The position numbers were made by a program, and so were the translations under genes. This document shows, one piece after another, positions 1 through 9,753 of a stretch of 64,000 bases of DNA. The stretch covers positions 32,824-96,823 of the forward strand of contig CAVWYB010000035.1 in NCBI GenBank assembly GCA_963759145.1, in the 5' to 3' direction. The stretch is from an uncultured Solirubrobacterales bacterium (lineage in GTDB: Bacteria > Actinomycetota > Thermoleophilia > Solirubrobacterales > JBBDJG01). Position 1 is the first letter of the stretch; every line of letters begins with the position of its first letter. Below the pieces are notes generated by a model, which had not been told where the DNA came from, made no database searches, and saw only the letters and a program-made list of their open reading frames with translations.

Positions 1-1383
1 TCGAGCTGCTCGAGGAGGCGGCCGCCGCGCTCGGCGACGGAAGCTCCGAGCTGCGCGTCGGAGTGCTCGGCGGGCTCGCCCGTGCGCTGGACTTCCAGGG
101 CGACCACGAGCGCGGCGCGATCGTCCGCACGAGCGCCGTCGACATGGCCCGGCGGCTGAACGATCCGGCCGGCCTCGGGACCGTGTTGATGCGCGCCTAC
201 TGGTCGCGCGGGACGAGCTCCCTCGAGGAGATCCTCGACGATGCTCACCGAGGCCAAGGACCTCGGCGAGGAGCTGGGCAACACCGAGATTCGCGCGGAG
301 GCGATGGCCTGGCGGGTGCCCACGTTCGTGGCGCTCTGCGACGTCGACAAAGCCCGGCGGGAGATCTCCACGCTCCTCGAGACAGCGGAGCAGACGGCGC
401 AGCCATTCATGCTCCATGTGGCCGAGCACTACAACTCGGCGATCGCGCTCGGCGACGGCCACTTCGCGGAGGCCGAGGCCGCCGCGGGGCGCTCTCACGA
501 GTGGAGCCGCCTGTTGACCGGGCGGGATGCGTCCGGCGTCCATGGCATCCAGATGTTCAGCATCCGCCGCGAGCAGGGGCGTCTGGCGGAGCTCGCCCCG
601 GTGGTCAGGATCCTGGCCGGCGAGTCCCGGGACGAAGGGTCGTGGCGACCGGGCCTGGTCACGCTGCTCGTCGAGCTCGGCATGGACGCGGAGGCAAGGC
701 GGGAGCTCTCGCGGGTCACCGCCGATGGGCTCGACCCCTTCCGCGCGTCGATCTGGCTCGGCTCGCTCACGTACCTGACCGACGCGTGCGCGGCGCTCGG
801 CGACGAGGCCACGGCTGCGCTCGTCTACCCGGAGCTCGCGCCGTTCGCGGGTGGGAACGCAGTGGTCGGCCACCTGGTCGCCTGCTACGGGGCCGTCGAT
901 CGTTACCTGGGCATGCTCGCCGCGACGCTCGGCGAATGGGAGCGCGCCGAGGATCACTTCGAAGGGGCAATGGGGCTGGACCGGCGGATGGGAGCCGTGA
1001 CGTGGCTGGCCCACACCGCCTACCAGTACGCGCGCATGCTGCTCGCGCGCGGCCAGGGCGAGCGCGACCGCGCCGCGGCGCTGCTGGGCGAGGCGGCGGC
1101 GCTCGCGGAGCAGATCGGCATGCCCGCGCTGCTCGCCCGCATCCACGCGCTCGGATCGGCTGCGCCGCCGGCGCCCCTGCCCGCCGGCCTGTCGTCGCGC
1201 GAGGTGCAGATCCTGGGGTTGGTCGCGCAGGGCATGAGCAACCGCGAGATCGGCGGCACGCTGTTCATCAGCGAGCACACGGCCGCCAACCACATCCGCA
1301 GCATCCTGCGCAAGACGGGCTGCGCCAATCGCACCGAGGCGGCCTCGTACGCCCATCGCCACGGCCTGATCGAGATACGCTGA
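1..1383 (+). CDS. LuxR-family transcriptional regulator, C-terminal part of a large helical-repeat (TPR/LAL-type) regulator; 5' end outside window; one apparent frameshift near 238
   Basis: C-terminus LSSREVQILGLVAQGMSNREIGGTLFISEHTAANHIRSILRKTG is a LuxR/FixJ HTH. Frame 3 (ELLEEAAAALGDGSSELRVGVLGGLARAL...EEILD) is open from base 3 and continues logically in frame 1 (MLTEAKDLGEELG...) at ~238. Confidence 0.8.
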
Positions 1384-1392
1384 GGGCCGCAC

Positions 1393-1917
1393 GTGACCGA
1401 GACCCAGGACATGCTCACGCTGCCGGGCGGCTCGAGCTTCGTGATCAGGACGTCGGCCGCGGACACGAATGGCGATCGGGTCGAGCTCGAGATCACGATT
1501 CCTCCGGACTCAGCTGGGCCGCCACCCCATTTTCACCCGCGGCAGGAGGAGCAGTGGCAGGTGCTCGCGGGAACGCTCGAGGTGCAGGTCGATGGGGAGT
1601 GGCGCACGCTGCGCGAGGGAGAGTCGGCGACGATTCCCGCGGGTCACGTGCACACCCTTCGCAATCGCACGAACGAGACCGTGCGCGTGCTCGACGTCCA
1701 CGTCCCGGCGCTCGACTTCCAGGACTACATGCTGGACCTTCACCGCCTTGCGCAGGAGGGGAAGATCACGAGCCTCCGCAGCCCGCGCAGCCTGATCTAC
1801 CTGGCGACGGTCCTGCGCGCGCACCGTACGACTCAGCTCACCGCGAGCCGGCTGCAACGCGCCGCGGAGTCGGCACTCGCCGGCCTCGGCAGGCTGTTCG
1901 GCATGCGCGTCCGCTGA
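1393..1917 (+). CDS. cupin domain protein
   Basis: 174-aa ORF with a GTG start 10 nt after the LuxR stop. PPHFHPRQEEQWQVLAG and GESATIPAGHVHTLRN fit the two cupin motifs (HxH..E..G and G..PxG..H...N). Confidence 0.75.
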   Translation: MTETQDMLTLPGGSSFVIRTSAADTNGDRVELEITIPPDSAGPPPHFHPRQEEQWQVLAGTLEVQVDGEWRTLREGESATIPAGHVHTLRNRTNETVRVLDVHVPALDFQDYMLDLHRLAQEGKITSLRSPRSLIYLATVLRAHRTTQLTASRLQRAAESALAGLGRLFGMRVR

Positions 1918-1939
1918 CCAGCGCTACGATCTCCGCACG

Positions 1940-2233
1940 ATGCCGCTCTACGTAATCGAGCGCACCTTCGCCGAGCAGCTCGAGCTGACGAGCGAGGACG
2001 TCAGGCTGATCGAGGAGATCAACGCCGACGAAGGGGTTCGCTGGCTCTTCTCGTTCCTGAGCGCGGACCGGCGGCGCACCTACTGTCTGTACGAGGCGCC
2101 CTCCCCTGAGGCGATCATCGCCGCCGCGAAGAGCGCGAACGTCCCGGTGGACGAAGTCGTCGAGGTCGGCCCGGCGACGCTCGAGCTCTCAGGTCGCCTG
2201 CGCGACTGGGCCGACTCCCAGACGCCCTCGTAG
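1940..2233 (+). CDS. DUF4242-like small protein
   Basis: 97-aa ORF MPLYVIERTFAEQLELTSEDV...RRTYCLYEAPSPEAIIAAAKSANVPVDEVVEV. The N-terminal M-x-x-[FY]-[MV]-[IV]-E-R-x-F pattern and the length match my recollection of the DUF4242 family. Confidence 0.65.
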   Translation: MPLYVIERTFAEQLELTSEDVRLIEEINADEGVRWLFSFLSADRRRTYCLYEAPSPEAIIAAAKSANVPVDEVVEVGPATLELSGRLRDWADSQTPS

Positions 2234-2269
2234 CCTCCGGGCCGGCGGGCCGGGGGGCGAATCCCGGCG

Positions 2270-2312
2270 CCGTCCTGACTTTTCCTCCTGGTGGAAGGAA
2301 AAGTCAGGACGG
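2270..2312 (+). terminator. 17-bp perfect inverted repeat (CCGTCCTGACTTTTCCT / AGGAAAAGTCAGGACGG, 9-nt loop) downstream of the DUF4242 gene
   Basis: Read directly from the sequence. It lies 37 nt after the stop at 2233 and before the likely ATG (2336) of the next gene. There is no U-tract, so it could be a terminator or another structured element. Confidence 0.45.
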
Positions 2313-2335
2313 CGGTGGAGGCGACGCTTGCGCGG

Positions 2336-3183
2336 ATGGCAAGTCGTGCGCATGGTGTTGTGACGCGGGCGCAGTTGCTTGACGCTGGTGTGACTTCCGG
2401 GCAGATCGAGCAGCGCCTCGAGACGGGGGCGCTGACTGCGCGAGCATCGCGGCGTTTATCGGGTCGGCCATCGCGCGCCGAGCATCGAGGCTCGTTACAT
2501 GGCCGCTGTTCTTTCGTGTGGCGATGGAGCGCTCCTGAGCGGACGCGCGGCCGGTCATCTCCTGGGAATCGTGAAAGGGCTCGCCACCGGCGCCCGAGGT
2601 GACGGCCCCCACCGAGCGGCGAGTCGAAGGGGTCAAGGCCCGGCGCGCACCCGTGCACGCAGAGGAAGCGACGACCTGGCGCGGGATCCCCGTCACCAGT
2701 GTTGCCCGCACGCTCGTGGACCTCGCTCCTTTACTTGCCGGTCGATGACCTTGCGCGTGCATGTCACGAAGCAGGCGTCCGTCACCACACCACGCCGGCG
2801 ATGGTCGAGGCCGTGCTCGCGCGGCGCCCGCAACAGCCCGGGCGCGGCGAAGCTGCGCAAGATCCTCCGCGGCGAGGTGCGCGTCACGCTCAGCAAGCTG
2901 GAAGCCCGGTTCCTCGAGCGGCTGCGCGAGGCGGGACTCGCTGCTCCCGCAGACGAACCGCCCGGCCGGGGGCCGGCGCGTCGACTGCCGCTGGCCGAAG
3001 CAGCGCCTGACGGTCGAGCTCGACAGCTACCGCTATCACCAGTCCCGCCACGCGTGGGAGCAGGACCGGCGCCGCGAGCGCGAGGCCCGCGCCCGTGGCG
3101 ACGAGTTCCGCCGCTACACCTACGGCGACGTCTTCGACCACCCGGAGATGATGCTCTCCGAGCTGCGCGCGCTGCTCCCCTAA
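2336..3183 (+). CDS. AbiEi-N-like / DUF559 (Vsr-like endonuclease fold) domain protein, frameshifted (at least 3 frame switches)
   Basis: MASRAHGVVTRAQLLDAGVTSGQIEQRLETGAL in frame 2, AAVLSCGDGALLSGRAAGHLLGI in frame 0, then RLTVELDSYRYHQSRHAWEQDRRREREARARGDEFRRYTYGDV in frame 1. Collinear with the intact paralogue at 37596..38672. Confidence 0.7.
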
Positions 3184-3290
3184 GGCGCGAGACCAAGCGC
3201 AGAAATCTGACAGCCCTGTCGCACTTGAACCGCCGCGGCGCTGGTGATAGCGTCGCCGTCGCCCATCCCCGCAGAGGCTGAGGAGGAGAG

Positions 3291-5589
3291 ATGCGTCGCA
3301 CGCTACTCGTGGCGGTGATCGCCACCCTGACGATGGCACTCGCGGCTCCGGCCGCGCACGCGAAGCAGGTCAAGCTGGAGGTGCTCTCCAGCAAGCCGCA
3401 CATCGGTGAGCGGCGGGGACGCGCTCGATCCGCGTGACCTCGAAGGACGAGCCGCTCCACAGCCTGCGCGTGCAGGCGCAACGGGATGGACGTGACGGAC
3501 GCCTTCTCCGAGCAGGACGGCGCCCTCGTCGGCCTGGTGGACCGCCTGCGGCTCGGCAAGAACGAGCTCACGGTCACGCAGCGGCACCAGCCCGATGGTG
3601 CTCGCGCGGCAGAAGCTCACCAACTACCCGAACACCGGGCCGATCTTCTCGGGACCGCACCAGGAGTTCTTCGTCTGCAACACGATCCAGGCCGGGCTCG
3701 GCGAGCCGCTGGTCGACAACCAGAACGGCGAGGGCTTCCGGGTGCAGAACCCCGACGGCAGCACGGCCGGCTGGAGCCTCAACTGCTCCGCCAACACCCG
3801 GGTCGACTACCAGTACCGCACCACGAGCGGCACGCTTCCAGCCGCTGCCGACCGACGGCTCGCGTCCGTCGAACATGGCGCAGACCACGCTCACTCGACG
3901 GCCGCACCGTCGACTACGTCGTGCGGCGCGAGCGCGGCACGATCGACCGCTTCATCTACTCGTTCGCGATGCTGGCGCCGTTCGGCGAGCAGCCGGGCGA
4001 CGAGCCCGGACACCTCGCTCTGGAACAAGCGCGCGATCTACACGTTCGACGGCGGCGTGCAGATCGGCCACCGGCAGGGCACGCCCGGCGGGAGCTGCGC
4101 TGCTCGACACCGGCCTCAGCAAGGGCTACGCGATCATCCACTCCTCCGGGCACGCGCACGAGCACGCACTACAACCTCGCAGCTCGGCGGCGAGACGGCG
4201 CTGATGACGAAGGAGGAGTTCATCGAGCGCTACGGCGTGCCGCTCTACACGGTCGGCCTGGGCGGCTCCGGCGGCGCGATCCAGCAGTACGTCTACGGGC
4301 AGAACCACGAGAGGCTGCTCGACGCCGGCATCCCGCAGTACTCGTATCCCGACATGGTCACGCAGACCATCCACGTCGGCGACTGCGAGCTGCTCGAGCA
4401 CTACATGGACGTCACGGACGGCGTCGAACCCGAAGTGGCAGAACTGGGACAACCGCGAATGGCTCGAGGGCCTGAACGCGCACGCCACGCTGCCGAACCC
4501 CTACCGCGGCGGCGCGCCCGGCAACAGCGAGTGCGTGCAAGGGCTGGCGCGGGCTCACGCCGCTGGCGCTGAACCCGCTCTGGTTCCAGGCCTTCAGCGG
4601 GCTCGACCGCATGGATCCCGCCGGAGATGGCGCAGGTCCACTGGACCCACTGCCGAGGACCTGCGGAACATCTACGGCGTCGACCCGGACGGCTACGCGC
4701 GCAACACGTGCGACAACGTCGGCGTGCAGTACGGGCTCAAGGCGCTGAAGGACGGCAACATCACGCCGGCGGAGTTCCTGAACGTGAACGCGCGGATCGG
4801 CAGCTGGAAGGAGCCGAAGCGACATGGTCCAGGAGGCCTTCCCGTTCCCGTCGCCGCCTCCGCCGATGCCACCGGCAGCGACCGGGCTTCGACCCGTGGA
4901 GCGCGGCGCAACCAGAACCTCAGCCCGGATGGCGGCGTGACGCCGGCGCCGCGGCGCGCGGGTGACATCGCCGCGATGAACGCGGCCTACAACACGGGGC
5001 TCGTACTTCGACGGCAACATCGACATCCCGCTGATCGACTGGCGGCACTACCTCGAGGAAGAGCTCGACATGCACAACAGCCACCAGTCGTTCGCCTCGC
5101 GGCAGCGGATGCTCGACCGCGACGGCGACGCCTCCAACCAGGTGATCTGGTTCACGGACGCGCGCCCGGCGCGCCAGTCCGACCCGACGCCCGAGGCGCT
5201 CGAGGTGATCGACGAGTGGATGGCGAACATCCGCGCGAACCCCGACGCGGGCGTGGCGGCCAACAAGCCGGCGCTCGCGACCGACCGCTGCTTCACGACC
5301 GCGGGCACGGAGATCGCGCACGGAGCGCGACGTCTGGGACGGGATCCTCGACAGCGGGCCCAAGGGCGCCTGTGCGCAGGAGTTCCCGCTCCACTCGACC
5401 TCGCGGATCGTGGCCGGCGGCCCGCTGCGGGGCGGCGTCTACAAGTGCGCGCTGCAGTCGGTCGAGGACGCGATCGCGAGCGGCGTGTACGGCTCGTGGA
5501 CGCCCTCGGCGGCCGAGGTCGCGCGGCTGAAGCAGATCTTCCCGACCGGGGTCTGCGACTACAGCCAGCCGGACGTCGGCCGGCCCTGA
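3291..5589 (+). CDS. large secreted protein, tannase/feruloyl-esterase-like alpha/beta-hydrolase relative (DUF6351-like by recollection); heavily frameshifted (10 or more frame switches)
   Basis: GAGGAGGAGAG RBS plus ATG 3291 and signal peptide MRRTLLVAVIATLTMALAAPAAHA. Consecutive pieces in three frames read collinearly (KLTNYPNTGPIFSGPHQEFFVCN..., GVPLYTVGLGGSGGAIQQYVYGQNHERLLDAGIPQYSYPDMVTQTIHVGDCELLEHY, ...FPTGVCDYSQPDVGRP stop at 5587..5589). Confidence 0.55.
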
Positions 5590-5614
5590 TCTGAGGGAGG
5601 TTCAACCAGCTCAT

Positions 5615-5640
5615 CCCCCGGCGGCGCGCGCCGCCGGGGG
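5615..5640. terminator. perfect 26-bp GC palindrome between convergent genes (bidirectional terminator candidate)
   Basis: CCCCCGGCGGCG-CG-CGCCGCCGGGGG lies between the stop at 5589 (+) and the stop at 5660 (-). Confidence 0.55.
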
Positions 5641-5659
5641 ATGGCTGCGCTCGTGCCGG

Positions 5660-7075
5660 TTACTCGACGAAGCAGTACGAGTCGCTCGAAGCGTCCCCGC
5701 CCTGAAGCCGGGCCTGATGCACCCGCAGCCCGCGGAACGCGTCGCCGTGCGGGAAGAACCGCGGGTCGACGGTCATGCCGCCGCTCTCCGTGTCCGCGTC
5801 GATGCGGGCCATCCAGGCGCCCACGCCGTCGGGATAGAAGACGTCGTCCCAGGACGCGTAGAGCGAGTTGGTGAAGTACACGCGGCGCCCGTCCCGGCTG
5901 ATCTCCACCATCTGGGGCCCGCCCGCGAGCGGCTGGTCGGGCGCGGCCGGGTGCGGCGCTCGGCCGACGATCCCGCCCATCCGCACTGAGCCCGTCTCGC
6001 GCGGGTTGTGCGGGTCGCTCACGTCGTACTGCTTGAGCTCCCCGGTTCCCCAGCACGACACGTACAGCCAGCGGTCGTCGACGGACAGGTCGATGTCGCT
6101 GATCAGCGGCGGAACCGCGCCGAAGGGCTGCAGCGCCGGCGGGAGCTGGTCGGCTTCAGCCGGCTCCGCGGGGATCGTGATCGCCTTCTTGGCCACCCAC
6201 TCCTCGCCCTCTCGGTGCCACAACCACACCGAGGCGGACAGGTCCTCGACGCTGATCACCACGCCGACGAAGCCCCAGCTCTTCCGGGGATCGTGGGCCG
6301 GCCTCAGCTCGAGCACCATCTGATGCTCGTCGCCCAGGTCGATGCGCTGGATCAGCTTGCCCTCGGAGAGCTTCCAGAAGTCGAGGTGGTGGCCGAACCG
6401 CTTCCCGAGCAGGTCCTCGGGGTTCAGTCCGCCCTCGATCATCGACGGGCGTCGCCCACTCCGAGGTGATCGCGACGTCCTCGTTGAGGTGCCACCACAC
6501 GTCGTAGGCGAAGTTGCTGGTCGCCCCGGTCGGTCTCCCAGGCGCCGATCACCTCGAAGGTGTCGTGGTCGATCAGCGCCACCCCGCCCGGGCCCTTCGC
6601 TGCCGTTGGCGCCGCCGAGGTTCGACATGAAGATGCCGCCCGGCCCGCAGTGCACCGTGTGCGGGCGGGAGTAGCCGGCCTTGGCCGCGAGCTCGTCGGG
6701 CTCGATCGTGCGGACGACCTGCGGTTGCCGCGGATCCGGCTTGGTGTCGAGCACGTACGTGCGCGAGGACCGGATGCCGGGCACGATCAGGTAACGGCGC
6801 TCGAGCGGATGGTCGTGCGCATGTCCCTCGTGGCACAGCGCGCTCGAGCAGGCGTTCCATCCGAAGTGGTGCAGCTCATTGCCCGCGGTGGGAAGCTCCG
6901 TCCATCCGACGACCTCGCCGTAGCTGGGCGACTCGACGTCGCAGTCGATGACGGTCATGGCGTCGCGCTGCTTGCCGGCCGGATCGAAGGCCGCAACGTA
7001 GGCGAGCGTCTCGGGCGGTGCGGCTGCGGCAGCGGCAGGTGACCGGTAGAACGTCGGGTCTGCGACCTGGCTCAC
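5660..7075 (-). CDS. selenium-binding protein (SBP56) family, methanethiol-oxidase-like; two compensating frameshifts (~6590 and ~6450)
   Basis: VSQVADPTFYRSP...HHFGWNACSSALCHEGH...PHTVHCGPGGIFMSNLGG...WGTGELKQYDVSDPHNP...SSDSYCFVE are typical SBP56 blocks. The segment VWWHLNEDVAITSEWATP sits in a different frame (ORF 6156..6500). GGAGAGGGG RBS lies before GTG 7075. Confidence 0.85.
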   Translation of the reverse strand: MSQVADPTFYRSPAAAAAAPPETLAYVAAFDPAGKQRDAMTVIDCDVESPSYGEVVGWTELPTAGNELHHFGWNACSSALCHEGHAHDHPLERRYLIVPGIRSSRTYVLDTKPDPRQPQVVRTIEPDELAAKAGYSRPHTVHCGPGGIFMSNLGGANGSEGPGRGGADRPRHLRGDRRLGDRPGRPATSPTTCGGTSTRTSRSPRSGRRPSMIEGGLNPEDLLGKRFGHHLDFWKLSEGKLIQRIDLGDEHQMVLELRPAHDPRKSWGFVGVVISVEDLSASVWLWHREGEEWVAKKAITIPAEPAEADQLPPALQPFGAVPPLISDIDLSVDDRWLYVSCWGTGELKQYDVSDPHNPRETGSVRMGGIVGRAPHPAAPDQPLAGGPQMVEISRDGRRVYFTNSLYASWDDVFYPDGVGAWMARIDADTESGGMTVDPRFFPHGDAFRGLRVHQARLQGGDASSDSYCFVE

Positions 7076-7121
7076 GGGAACCCCTCTCCTCGGATTCAGG
7101 GAGACTACCGCGCCCACAAAG

Positions 7122-7166
7122 CTGCAAGACGCCTTGCATTTCGTGATTTTGCAACGCGTCTTGCAG
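7122..7166. promoter_or_regulatory. 17-bp inverted repeat (1 mismatch) with 11-nt AT-rich spacer: terminator of the upstream gene and/or operator of the SBP56 gene
   Basis: CTGCAAGACGCCTTGCA-tttcgtgattt-TGCAACGCGTCTTGCAG. It starts 2 nt after the stop (7168) of the saccharopine dehydrogenase gene and ends 47 nt upstream of the SBP56 start. Confidence 0.5.
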
Positions 7167-7167
7167 G

Positions 7168-8441
7168 CTAGGCCTGGACGGAAAACCGCAACCGTGCGCG
7201 CTCGAAGCGGTCGATCGAGCCCGTGCCGAGCGCGGTGGCCGGCGTCAGGCATCCCGCCCGCTCCGGCGTCGCGCCCGGCTCGGCGAGCAGCAGCCCCGCC
7301 TCGCCCAGCATCCGCGCGGTCGCGAGGTAGCCGGGGTGGCCGTCGGCGTCGACGTCCGACGCGCACCTCGTGTCCGCCGGTGGTGCGGGCGTCGACCGAC
7401 ATGCTGCCACTTCCAGCTCTCGAGGCGATCGCCGGTCGGGCCGAACCCCGACGAGGGAAGGATCTTGCTCAGCGCGCGCCCGACGCGGCGCCGCACCGAC
7501 GGCCGCGCTGCGCGGCGGCGCGCCACCGCGGCCTGCGTGCCCGGCGAGCACGCCCGCTGCCGCGTAGCGCAGCGGCAGCGAGGCCGCCGGGCCCCCGCAG
7601 CGCGATGCCCTCGCGGTAGCGGAACGGCTCCGCTGGCCCACCGTTGTCGGCCGCGACCAGCGCCGCGGTGCGCTGGATCACGGCCGGGTTGATGAACGCC
7701 GCCGGCGCCATCGGCGCGATCACCGCGCCGCCCGGGCCCCGCCGCGGCGCGACGTTGATCGGGCTGCGGCGGCGGACCTCCTCGGCGCGCGCCGGGTCGG
7801 TGATCAGCGCCGCCGGGTCGGTGACCGCGGATGCGTCGTCGCCGCCCGCCGCCGCGGCAAGGCTCTGGAAGGTCCCGCCCGAGATCATGTCCGAGGGCCG
7901 CGGCAGCCCGGGCGGGCCCGTGACGCTCACCTCCAGGTCGGCCTCCGCCAGGCCCTCGCCCCAGCGCTCGCGCGCGGTCTCGGCGGCGAGCAGCACCGCC
8001 AGGTCGGGCGGCAGCGCCTCGAACCCGCACACCTGCACGACCTTCACCCCGGCCTCGCGCGCGCGGGCGTCGTAGGCGTCGATCATCTGGCGCACGAACG
8101 GGATCTCGCCGGTCAGGTCGACGTAGTGGGCGCCGTTCGCCACGCACGCCTCGATCACCGGCTGCCCGTGCAGCGTGTAGGGGCCGCAGAGGTTCAGCAC
8201 CACCCGCGTGCGCGAGGCCATCGCCGCGAGCGAGCTCGGGTCGTTCACGTCGGCGACGATCGTCTCCGGCGCGGTGACGCCGACCTCGCCCAGCACCTGC
8301 TCGCAGCTTCGCGGGGTCGCGCGCGGCCGCCGCCCAGCGCGCGCCGTCTCCGGCGCTCCGCTCGGCCAGATACGCGGCGACCTGGCGGCCGGTGATGCCC
8401 GTGGCCCCGAAGACGACGACGTCGAAGTCTCGCTCGCTCAC
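7168..8441 (-). CDS. saccharopine dehydrogenase NADP-binding family protein, frameshifted (about 4 switches)
   Basis: [27 protein letters not shown] (Rossmann GxxGxxG) continues with [42 protein letters not shown] and ends in [23 protein letters not shown]...RFSVQA. The pieces lie in three minus-strand frames. Confidence 0.75.
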
Positions 8442-8504
8442 TGCCGCGCACGATATATGCCTTTTAAGATCGCGAGATCGGGTAGATGTCCTGACAAGGA
8501 GACT

Positions 8505-9728
8505 GTGGCTGCGGTAACCTTCAACCACGTCAGCAAGGTCTATCCGGACGGCACGCGCGCCGTCTACGGCATGGATCTCGCGAGCGAGGACGGGGAGTTC
8601 ATCGTCCTCGTGGGCCCTTCGGGCTGCGGCAAGACCACCGCCCTGCGCATGGTCGCGGGCCTCGAGGAGATCACCGAGGGCGAGATCCGGATCGGCGAGC
8701 GCGTCGTCAACCACGTGCCCGCCCGCGACCGCGACATCGCGATGGTCTTCCAGAGCTACGCGCTCTACCCGCACCTCACCGTCCGGGAGAACATCGCCTT
8801 CGGGCTGAAGCTCCGCAAGCTCGACAAGCAGGAGGTCGAGCCGGCGGGTCGAGAACGCCGCCCAGATCCTCGGGTCTCGAGCAGCTGCTCGACAAGAAGC
8901 CGCGCGCGCTCTCCGGCGGGCAGCGCCAGCGCGTCGCGATGGGCCGGGCGATCGTCCGCGAGCCGCAGGCCTTCCTGATGGACGAGCCGCTCTCGAACCT
9001 CGACGCGAAGCTGCGCGTCCAGGTGCGCGCCGAGATCAGCGCGCTCCAGCGCAACCTCGGCACCACCACGGTCTACGTCACCCACGACCAGGTCGAGGCG
9101 ATGACGATGGGCGATCGCGTCGCCGTGATGCGCAAGGGCGAGCTGCAGCAGGTGGCCGAGCCGGAGGAGCTCTACGACCGGCCGGTGAACCTGTTCGTCG
9201 CCGGCTTCATCGGCAGCCCCGCGATGAACCTGCTCGACGCGACGCTCGAGCGCCGCGACGGCGGACACGAGGCCGTGATCGGCGACCAGCGGATCGCGCT
9301 CGACGAGGAGCTGTCTCTCAGCACCGGCCCGGCGCTGCGCTCGTTCGAGGGCCGCGAGGTGATCCTCGGCATCCGTCCCGAGAGCCTCGAGGACGCCTCG
9401 ATCGCGAGCGACGCCCCGGCGGACCGCCGGCTCAAGGGCCGGCTCGAGCTGCGCGAGGCGCTCGGCTCGGAGATCGTCGCGCACGTCGGCGTCGACGCCC
9501 GCCAGGCGGTGACCGAGGACGTCCGCGAGCTCGCGGGCGAGATCGGGGCGGAGCCGGGGCGGCGCGGGCGCGGCTCGCCGCGGAGGGCGCGAGGCGGTGG
9601 TCGTCGCGCGCTTCGACCCTCGCTCGGAAGCCCAGGAGGGCAGCACGGTCGAGATGGTCGGTCGACACCACGCGCGCCTGCACTTCTTCGATCCGGAAAC
9701 GAGCTTGGGGATCTACGACGGCGGCTGA
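8505..9728 (+). CDS. sugar ABC transporter ATP-binding protein (MalK/UgpC/MsiK type), frameshifted (~8850-8880 and ~9560-9680)
   Basis: Walker [11 protein letters not shown]-loop, signature [14 protein letters not shown] and Walker [12 protein letters not shown] are present, with a C-terminal regulatory domain ending [25 protein letters not shown] lies before GTG 8505. Confidence 0.9.
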
Positions 9729-9753
9729 GGGCCGCCAAGAAGGAGAGGAAGCG

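Noticed and set aside
63-1955. 630-aa plus-strand ORF spanning the LuxR and cupin genes
   Set aside because: It is an alternative frame of real genes. After its first ~60 codons, which belong to the true LuxR frame, the translation is Arg/Gly/Ala/Pro low-complexity, typical of off-frame ORFs in very GC-rich DNA. The conserved HTH and cupin motifs lie in the other frames.
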